From NCBI GenBank assembly GCA_051294375.1, contig JBJCIZ010001352.1, positions 1-8,036 of the forward strand: a stretch of 8,036 nucleotides of DNA, written 5' to 3'. The notes under the pieces are model-generated. The model was not told the DNA's origin and did not search any database. It worked only from the letters and a program-made list of their open reading frames with translations. Position numbers and translations under genes: made by a program. Every line of letters starts with the position of its first letter. Position 1 is the first letter of the stretch. Source of the DNA: Paraspadella gotoi (taxonomy: Eukaryota; Animalia; Chaetognatha). Shown here in pieces: positions 1 through 7,563 of the stretch.

Positions 1-30
1 CCCGCCTATAAGCTTGGCACCTTCAGTCGT

Positions 31-243
31 GATCCTGTGGCTCAATGAGTAAAGCCATCAGCTCATGACCGCTAGGTACCTACCCTGTCGGGAAAGTGTT
101 GAAGACGGCCGTAAGCCTGTCTTGAGGGAATGAAAACCATCAAACCTGCGTTCCAAGCCCCAGGACCCGTTTGCCACTGGCTGCTAGAGGGGTTAACGAA
201 GTAATGCGTGAGGATAGGCATTCTTCAACCCCACATTTAGCGC
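31..243 (+). mobile_element. Possible decayed tRNA-derived SINE (tRNA-like head plus structured body)
   Basis: Seen: A-box-like TGGCTCAATGAG (38-49); D-arm-like GGCT/AGCC (39-42/53-56); anticodon-loop-like CTCATGA (62-68); variable-loop-like AGGTA (74-78); acceptor-like pairing TCCTG (33-37) with CGGGA (89-93). The T-arm region is only about 10 nt and has no GTTCRA B box. Hairpins follow at 102-123 and 183-241. The SINE call is inference; no tail or target-site duplication was identified. Confidence 0.33.
145..243 (+). ncRNA. Degenerate twister-ribozyme-like motif (P3-type permutation order), probably inactive
   Basis: Seen: P4 CCTG/CAGG (145-148/161-164) around G-T-TCC-AAGC-C; GCTA-GA-GGG (183-191); a long hairpin; then TAGC-GC (238-243). 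The conserved UAA before P2 is absent (CATT instead) and there is no convincing P3. Confidence 0.2.
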
Positions 244-315
244 CGCTTATCCACAAATTAAACTTTAGCTAAATATTAATAAACAAACACGAAGTTTCGT
301 ACCGTCGCTTTTCAG

Positions 316-339
316 AATAATAATAATAATAATAATAAT
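316..339 (+). repeat. (AAT)8 microsatellite
   Basis: Eight perfect AAT units read directly. Confidence 0.97.
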
Positions 340-502
340 AAACTCTGGAATAAACAATTTTTCTTTACGAGGAATTAACTTCGTTAAATAAACATCGTCG
401 CCGTCGTTTGATGACTTTGACGTTTTTACGTTTACTTTTATCTTTTCATTTTTTTTTTTGCGACTTTTGCGTCTCTCTATCTCTGTCGTTGACAATGCAA
501 TA

Positions 503-570
503 TTCTCTCTCTCTCTTCCTCCTCTTCCTCCTCCTCTTCTCCGCGGCTCGCTTCGTTCTCTTCCTCCCCC
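503..570 (+). repeat. Pyrimidine-rich (TC)n/(CCT,CTT)n low-complexity tract
   Basis: A TC dinucleotide run followed by CCT/CTT triplets, with a short GC-rich interruption at about 541-551. Confidence 0.85.
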
Positions 571-581
571 TTCGGGGTTTA

Positions 582-603
582 TCGTCGTCGTCATCGTCGT
601 CGT
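582..603 (+). repeat. Interrupted (TCG)n run; reverse complement of the downstream (ACG)n
   Basis: TCGTCGTCGTCATCGTCGTCGT read directly. Confidence 0.9.
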
Positions 604-735
604 TCTTTGTAGCGTCAAAAATTTTTTGGCGAGATTTGAAGTATTTGCAGCTGCAGGCACTTGGACCTCGGCAGCGACGACGACGATGAAGACGACGTCG
701 ACCAACGCGAAGAAGATTGAAGCGACGAAAATAAA

Positions 736-749
736 GACGACGACGACGC

Positions 750-827
<78 letters not shown>

Positions 828-830
828 CGA
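736..830 (+). repeat. (GAC)n microsatellite: (GAC)4 GCC (GAC)25 GCC GA
   Basis: 25 perfect units at 751-825 flanked by GCC interruptions. It accounts for the poly-T, poly-R and poly-S ORFs in the track. Confidence 0.98.
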
Positions 831-1070
831 TTTCTTCTCCCAGTCAGCAAAGACGGCGACGGCTTGATTGGAGAAGAATACAAAAATATTGTCTACTGTA
901 CTAATTTTTTCACGATTTCTCATTTAATTTTAACTTACGTCACTATATTTCTTAATCTTTTAAGACTGGCGCTTCCCCTCGTTTCAGAGAGGCAGGACGG
1001 GGTTCCCATCGTGACAGACAGGGCGAAAGATGCGAAAAGGAAGTAGAACAGGAAGAGTGGAAGAGGGGTA

Positions 1071-1136
1071 AGATAAGAAGAAGAGGAGAGTAGACGGGAA
1101 GAGAGAGAGAGGTATGGAGAGAGCAGAGAGAGAGTA
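1071..1136 (+). repeat. Degenerate (GA)n purine tract
   Basis: GAAGAAGAGGAGAG...GAGAGAGAGAG with scattered interruptions; purine bias starts at about 1036. Confidence 0.85.
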
Positions 1137-1179
1137 GACCTTAGGGGAGTGCTGGGATCTCCGCTCTTTCCCACGGCTC

Positions 1180-1390
1180 CGTGACATTTTCTCAAGACTC
1201 CGGTCTCGTGTCAACTTAAGGGAGATTTCCTTCTCCCTTGGCCACTGTCTGTAGGACCATTTTCTAATCCGTCATCGGGGTCCACAATCTACAAGGTCCA
1301 GTATTCCTGTCCACGCCAGTTGGGGTCAAGTTTTCTTCGCAAGGGGGGTCGTTTATGATTCGATGTTAAGCAACAGACGTCGCGGTTTCG
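1180..1390 (-). mobile_element. Possible highly decayed LTR-retrotransposon 3' remnant (integrase GPY/F-like tail, purine tract, LTR-start-like TGTCACG)
   Basis: Minus strand encodes KLDPNWRG (1333-1310) with GP nearby in another frame (1299-1294), then AAGGGAGAAGGAAA (1239-1226), then TGTCACG (1186-1180). Motifs are short and need frameshifts; inference. Confidence 0.15.
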
Positions 1391-2004
1391 ATCATCACGA
1401 CCGTCGGGGGCCGCTTACGAGCTTCTTGCGGAGCATCGTAAACCAAAACAAAAAGCAAAACCTACTCCTTTATTAATTCTGGAACATTCTTCCGGATTAA
1501 GTACGTGATATCTTAAAAAGTTTAATTGTTTAATAAGGCATAATCAACGAAATATCTTCGGTTTTAAATGACCATTTTATTTCCAGGAAATAGGAAAACA
1601 AATTGTCATGTGTTCAGTCAACAAATAAAACATTATTAAATTAAGACTCATCCACTTCTCTTCTTATCTACTTTTACTTTTCCATTTCTCTCCATTTCTT
1701 ATATTCTTCTTTTTTAGTATTACTTTCTTTTTAGAATTCCCCGCTTCTCTCTCGCGACTTCAATTCTCCAGTTTTCTTTTTTTTTTAATCGGCATTTTTC
1801 TTTTCCTCCCGTTCTACCTTACCCACCACCCGCCATCTATTTCACCCCCCCTACCCTCTCACTCCCCCCCTACGTCCTCTCACCGCCGCACTGGCGGCCC
1901 ATTTTTTCTACCCCGTGCTTCTTAGATAGAAGATGTTATCCTCTCGACGCTTCTTCATAAGGGCGGATCGGAAAAAAAGAAAGACTCAATAAAAAATTAT
2001 ACGC

Positions 2005-2084
2005 AGAGAGAGAGAGACGAGAGAGGAGGAGAGAGAGAGAGAAGTGAGAGAGGAGAGAGAGGAGAGAGAGAGCAGAGGAGAGAG
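2005..2084 (+). repeat. Interrupted (GA)n microsatellite
   Basis: About 80 nt of AG units with several single-base interruptions. Confidence 0.95.
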
Positions 2085-2203
2085 TTGCAAGAGAATGAAA
2101 AAAAATGGGAGGGCGAGGAAAATCATTATTTAAAAAAATGGAGATGGAACGGGGGTTTAACTCTTTTCACACTCGATTTTTCTTTTTAATCGCCGGTGGC
2201 TTT

Positions 2204-2204
2204 T

Positions 2205-2289
<85 letters not shown>

Positions 2290-2309
2290 TCTCTTCTCTC
2301 TCTCTCTCT
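2204..2309 (+). repeat. (TC)n microsatellite with perfect (TC)31 core at 2225-2286
   Basis: Read directly. It accounts for the SL-repeat and RE-repeat ORFs. Confidence 0.98.
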
Positions 2310-3255
2310 GTTTAGATTTCTTTTCATATTGCCTACATCTCTGACTTCTAATTGCTTTCATCCCTCATCATGGAATATGCCTTCTCAAGTCCTGCGAAGG
2401 TAGTAAAAACGAAAAGTGCCAGTTGGCGCTCTCTGCGAAAATGGAGCCTACTAAGGTTTTCTAGTACAATAATTTTTAGTAGATACTGTTTTTAATACTT
2501 ATCGAATTTTAATGATAAATATAATAGGGCGCGTAAGTTTAGTGTTAACTTGTTATTACTAATAATAAGATTATTGGAGAACATAACATTTTGCTCAACT
2601 TTTATATGTTAGAATTATTAAAAAAGGTAACCGCAAGACAAAAATAAATTTTTTAATGGTTAGTAGAGAGATTCTATAGTTTAAAATTGTAAACCTGACC
2701 GTGTAAGATTGTTCTTCTTAAAAATTTACAGTAACCAAAAAAGTACTTTTTTTAAAATTTTATATTTGCATTATAGTTAAAATACTATGTTGATAATTCT
2801 TGAAGATACGCCGTTTTTATAAGCACAATTAATAAAAAAAAAATTGTAACGATTAGTTTTATATTCGACCTGTTGGGTTGTTTGAAAAAAATCAATTTTT
2901 GATGTTCAACAACAAGGGATTTGATGGACATGACTTTCAAAGGACACGTCGATTGAAAAGGGCCTTCGTTGAATTTGCTTCTCGTTCGCCTTTAAAAAGA
3001 AAAACCAAGAAAACAAAGACCAACTTACTCCATCTACCCTTCAGACTTCAAGCCGTCACCCTTTAACTTGAAACTTCAATCTGATACTGATGGTTACATT
3101 CGTTTCATCGGACATGTAACCTTGTAACTGTGGCAGTAAAACTGGAGGCATGAAATGTTGAATTTGTTTTTTTCCTTGAATGTCATAAAGTGTACTTTTT
3201 GAGCTAAGTTGTTCCTGCAAGCATCCGACTACTCCAAGTTGCAGCATTGATTAAA

Positions 3256-3531
3256 TCATGATTTCTCCAACGTATCTCGCGGTTCTTCCCAATGGGTTTC
3301 CAACACAGTATACATTACTTCAAACATGACCCGTTCTCCCCTTGCTATCTCTTCCGAACTTCTCCCTTTCTCATCAACCCTTCGATGCTTCGGCGCCATC
3401 TTTCTTTTCTCCACGACCACTCCACCGCCTTCGTTCCGGATCGCCTCGTAATCTTCACGACCGAGAAAGTACGCACGCCTCGATGTATCTCGAATGCGGA
3501 CTAACGATGGCTTGGGTTTGGCGCGGAAACG
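3256..3531 (-). other. Stop-to-stop open frame of 92 codons; possible exon or coding remnant
   Basis: Translates to ...RRAYFLGREDYEAIRNEGGGVVVEKRKMAPKHRRVDEKGRSSEEIARGERVMFEVMYTVLETHWEEPRDTLEKS*. Non-repetitive, charged, protein-like composition. No good splice acceptor and no family firmly recognised. Confidence 0.2.
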
Positions 3532-4143
3532 CTATTTGCTCGTCGTTTATGCTTTCATGTTGTTTTTTATTTTCTAGCTCGGTGTTAATAATCAATTTAA
3601 TTAACGCTACTCGCCTAACTTACCTGCTGATTCGGAAGAGGTCTTCCCTTTGACCCGACGAGACAAAGGTGTCGCCCGAATTCCGTCTCGGTTCCTTCAT
3701 CCATCTTTTATTTAGCGGTAAGTTTCTTATCGACAGGCCTCTATTTTTTTTTCGCCCAGGACGGGCGAACCGTCTGAAAGAAGCTTCTAGCGGCGGAAGG
3801 GGAGTTCCGGTGAGTGAACTACCAACGACAGAGACTGTTAGCAGTGAGGGGGCACGTTATCTCAGGGACTTTGTGACAAAATGTCAGAAGGACTTCGCTG
3901 AGATTTTTCGCCGGTCGACTCGTCGCGAATATTCAGTACCGTTAGGGCATAATTCATAAATTTCATTCATTACTAAATTTTGTGTATTATCTGTTATTAT
4001 TGTTGATTAAATATTGTCCCGGAAATAAATAACATCAAACACAAAATAATACGAAATTTCTTGTGGCATCACCATAACCTACCGCATTCTCCACTCCTGT
4101 AGCCAAAAACCTCCGGCAGCTGCGAAACAGGCTTACCATTTCT

Positions 4144-4273
4144 CCCGCCCCCGAACAGAATTGTTCCCGATACGTCCCGGTTCCGACCCCCACCCGCCCC
4201 CCCCTTCTTTTTTCCCAGGGCCGCTCACCGTTATTCCCTCCGCCTCATTCGCCCCCCTCGGTTAGCCCCCCCC
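4144..4273 (-). promoter_or_regulatory. C-run cluster with GC boxes; G-quadruplex-prone on the minus strand
   Basis: CCCGCCC at 4144-4150 and 4193-4199; C5-A-C3-G-C8 at 4187-4204; further C runs at 4252-4257 and 4266-4273. Regulatory function is not demonstrated. Confidence 0.35.
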
Positions 4274-4365
4274 TTCTCCAGAAAGAGAGAGCCGACCCCT
4301 TTCGCATCCCCGTCCGTTGAATACCCTCTGCAACCGAATTTTCCTTATTTTTCCAAATCACACTC

Positions 4366-4450
4366 GAAAAAAAGAATAAAAAGGACGAGAATTAAACCTC
4401 GAAAGAGAAAAGAAAAAAAGAAAAGGAAAAAAGAACAAAGAAAAGGAAAT
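4366..4450 (+). repeat. A/G-rich low-complexity tract (GAAAA-like)
   Basis: Repeated A runs separated by G or GG. Confidence 0.8.
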
Positions 4451-4556
4451 AAGGGGATTATTATTATTCGGGCGGAGAGAAAGAAGAATGAGGACCGCGC
4501 CGGTAATCTCCGCCCCTTTGTAATCCCTCGGCTCTCTCGCTCACACGCAATTTTAC

Positions 4557-4581
4557 CTCTCTCTCTCTCTCTCTCTACTCT

Positions 4582-4617
<36 letters not shown>

Positions 4618-4650
4618 TCCTCTCTCTCTACTCTCTCTTCTCTCTCTCTC
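4557..4650 (+). repeat. Interrupted (TC)n microsatellite
   Basis: About 94 nt of CT units with a few interruptions. Confidence 0.95.
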
Positions 4651-4967
4651 ATACTCCCGTAATTTCTCCATTTAAAGATGGTTAAAAATTACAACTATTA
4701 GCATACACCTTATCCTATCACCAATGAATTACTGAACTTAACCAACGACAACGTTCTTTAGTCTCTTATTTGGCATCGTCTCTCATTTTTCCCCAATTCA
4801 AACTGCACATTGCACCAACTCTGCCACATCACTTCCGCACACTCACTCCCACTTTCACTTTTCTCTTCTCACCTCATCTCCTCCGTCTCCTTCAAGTGGC
4901 CCCTTTGTCCGAATCCCATTATCGTCGTTTACCACTTCGGTTTTGTTTTCTGCTATTCGAACGAATG

Positions 4968-5036
4968 GAAAGGAGAAAAAAAAAAAGGAAAAAGGAAAAA
5001 AAAAAGGGAAACAAAAAGAAAGAAAGAAAAAAAGAA
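4968..5036 (+). repeat. Poly(A)-rich tract (An-GG and GAAA units)
   Basis: Long A runs separated by GG/GGG, then (GAAA)n. It accounts for the K-rich and F-rich ORFs. Confidence 0.88.
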
Positions 5037-5615
5037 GTTTGTTTTTTCTTCTGTTGATGGGAAAAAACAAATCTTTTTGACGACGAGAATCGAAGAGGAG
5101 ATGAATCACTTCGCGCGATTGCGACGCGCGACGATTTGACGACGACGGATGACGAACAGCAGCGATGACCCATAGATAGGACAGAGGACAGCAACGGAGA
5201 ATCGACAGCAATGACAATAAAGACCAGAAAACGAAATTGCAGCAATTGAGATATCGACGGAAACGACAACTTACAAAAAATTGTCGGCTAGTGATCGCAG
5301 ATGTCTATTCCAACTCGGAATGTCACTCAATATTAATAATGACAAGGGCAACGAGAAAGACAAAGTGCCGACTGGAACGACGACGAAAAACGTCTGAAGA
5401 CGAATATTAATTGTCAGCGAGCAGACTGCGAGACGCGACAATATTAAATTCCATTAGTTCGGGTAGTTATTGAGTTAGTTTCCAATCGTACTTGTTGATA
5501 TATAAGCTTTATCCACACTTGGCTTTTTAGAAGACAGATCGATAATTCAAACTTGGAAAGCGAATCCTTTGTCTTCTATTTTTGTGACTCGGACTTCCCT
5601 CCGTTTCCAAACTCC

Positions 5616-5680
5616 TAGCACCAGGTTTATCACCACCGTTTTGCCACCAGTTATCACTCCGCTATCACCAAGTTATCACT
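5616..5680 (+). repeat. Degenerate ~11-bp minisatellite with TATCAC core (GATA-site cluster on the minus strand)
   Basis: TATCAC at 5628, 5652, 5663 and 5674; variants TAGCAC at 5616 and TGCCAC at 5642. Confidence 0.7.
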
Positions 5681-6034
5681 TCGCGATCGACCAGATTTGC
5701 TCGGCCATAACAAAAACAGAAACATATTGCTGATAGAGAAAAAAAAAATCCCTCGGAGAGAAATGGATCAGCCCTTCGATGGGGGGGTTTAGGTATATAG
5801 TAAGTTTTTGTTGGTCGCAGTCTAGGATTGTTATCTCAGGATTTAAGAAAGGTAAGGAAAAGGGAGAGAATAGATTGGCGTTATTGCGGTTGGTTTGAAA
5901 CAAGTCTAGATCTTTAATACATTCGTTATGGAAAATCAGGCAAAGAAATGATTATTATTTGAAAAGCAAAACGCAGTATATGAAGAATTAAAAAATGCAA
6001 ATCAATCATTTTTTTGCTTAAAATCTTGGTAACG

Positions 6035-6089
6035 TCTCTCTCGCTCGTCATGCTCTCTCTCTCTCTCTTCTTCTCTTGCTTTCTTTCTC
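6035..6089 (+). repeat. (TC)n / pyrimidine tract
   Basis: Two short TC runs followed by CTT units. Confidence 0.8.
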
Positions 6090-6282
6090 CTATGGAGCCA
6101 ATAATCTCGGAGCAGTATTTGCTTTTTGTGCTCAGATAAGGCGTTTATTGGAGGCTTTCAAGCACCATCTTATCACGAGTACGTTCTCGTGTTTTAAGAC
6201 CGAAACTTCCTTCCTCTCCTCTCCTGCGCTCCCATTCTCTTCCTATTCTTCTGTTCGATCACCTCCTGGTATTCTCTCTGAT

Positions 6283-6303
6283 CCTCCTCCTCCTCCTCCT
6301 CCT
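6283..6303 (+). repeat. (CCT)7 microsatellite
   Basis: Seven CCT units; source of the poly-P run in ORF 6076..6573. Confidence 0.93.
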
Positions 6304-6862
6304 CTCCTTATCTTCGCCAACACAACATCTTGGACTTCCTTGCTGTCATATAAGTCTCCACCGTTGTACCGGGCTTACGCTCCACCCCGAACCATTGAAG
6401 GCGTATCGTTCCCTCCATGTACACGCAATTACATTTTTACATTACATGCGACAACAATTGACCCCCTTTCGTACATAATACATATTTTTGAACAAACTTT
6501 CGTTCTACCTTTAATTTATATAAAATTCATATTTAAGGCCTTTCTCACCCGGTCTCATGAGATTTTATTTTAAAAAAAGTAAATATAAAAAAACAATTCT
6601 AGATAAAAAGAGAACTCACAGACGTTTGTGTTGAACTTTTTGAAAACCTGGCAATAACCGAAGATTACCCGTATATAAGCCATTAGCTTTTTGAAGGTTT
6701 GCGAAGAACCAGTAAATAGTACCACCAAAATAGAATGCCAGTTTAATTCCTACTTTTAAGCGTAACCCGGGGCAATTTTCTCTTGCAGACCAGCTTTATA
6801 AAAGGGGTAGGAAACCACTCGCCTATAGCTGGTCATTTAAACTCGTTAATTGTTTTCCTCTG

Positions 6863-6880
6863 CTCTCTCTCTCTCTCTCT
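6863..6880 (+). repeat. (CT)9 microsatellite
   Basis: Read directly. Confidence 0.92.
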
Positions 6881-7486
6881 TTCCTTTATTTTTCTGTGCA
6901 TCACATCCTACTACCCATCCTTTGCGTACCTCACCAATCCCCACCCCCCCTTCTACGCACATACTGCGACCTGCACGCAGATCGACCGTTTTAGTGACCC
7001 ACGAGGGCAACGCGGCCATTCGCGGGGTTGTTCAGCCGCACGGATCCCGTCGCTCCTACCAATCAGTTTGATTTTGCCTCAGGCCCTCTTGCCCGCTTCC
7101 TTCATTCCTTTATTCCCTTCTTTCGCTTATTTCCTTTATTTTTCACAATATAATTTTTTCTTGGTCAATTCTGCCCCAATTCTATTCTAATTCGTTGGTA
7201 AGTTTTCTTTCTTCTTTTTATTTCCTCCTCCTCTGTTCCTCCTGTTACTTCTTCCGTTCTTTGCCGTCCCCTCTGCTCTCTACCCCGGTCCCCAAAAAAA
7301 AAATTATTCCTCATTAAAATCCCAAGGATAGAGGGTGTCTCCCTTAATCCCCCCTTACCCAAAGAAAATCTATTTTTTAGCCCCCCGCCAGCGAATCCTG
7401 CGGTCGTTCCTGAACTCGCTCCCCTTGAGCGGACGAGCGCTTACATTGCTCGGGTCTTGTAGTGGCTAAAGGACGTAAAGTTAGAT

Positions 7487-7563
7487 GGGATTGGGGGATG
7501 GGGATTGAGGGTTGGATTGGTGGTCGGATTGGGATAGGATTGGGAGATTGGGGGAAAATTGGG
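7487..7563 (+). repeat. Degenerate (GGGATT)n G-rich array, G-quadruplex-prone
   Basis: GGGATT GGGGGAT GGGGATT GAGGGTT GGATT GG ... GGATT GGGAT AGGATT GGGAGATT GGGGG; at least 8 runs of three or more G. Confidence 0.8.

Noticed and set aside
31-95. Functional tRNA-Met gene
   Set aside because: No T-loop/B box, poor anticodon stem and incomplete acceptor stem.
265-923. Five overlapping ORFs with poly-T, poly-R, poly-S and poly-I runs (458..904 looks mucin-like)
   Set aside because: They are open because GAC, TCG and AAT repeats lack stops in most frames. They overlap on both strands and their flanks show no domain-like sequence.
1218-1239. 8-bp hairpin AAGGGAGA/TCTCCCTT as an intrinsic terminator or kappaB site
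   Set aside because: No U tract or upstream gene, eukaryotic context, imperfect kappaB match, and expected by chance in purine/pyrimidine-rich DNA.
2105-2361. SL-repeat and RE-repeat ORFs (also 935..1214 and 4345..4671)
   Set aside because: Direct translations of (TC)n and (GA)n tracts.
4770-5269. Four overlapping K-rich or F-rich ORFs
   Set aside because: Produced by the poly(A)-rich tract; no recognisable domain.
5391-5402. CTGAAGA as a hammerhead ribozyme core
   Set aside because: No downstream stem II plus GAAA, and no stems I and III.
5329-5447. AATATTAA at 5329, 5403 and 5440 (spacings 74 and 37) as a 37-bp satellite
   Set aside because: Intervening sequences do not align and the motif is absent at the predicted position 5366.
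5616-5680. CRISPR array, iteron or phage-operator (TATCACC) interpretation
   Set aside because: Units are about 11 bp with no unique spacers, there are no cas or rep genes, and the context is eukaryotic.
6076-6573. Longest ORF (165 aa)
   Set aside because: TTG start, pyrimidine-biased S/P/L/F composition, includes (CCT)7, and has no motif.
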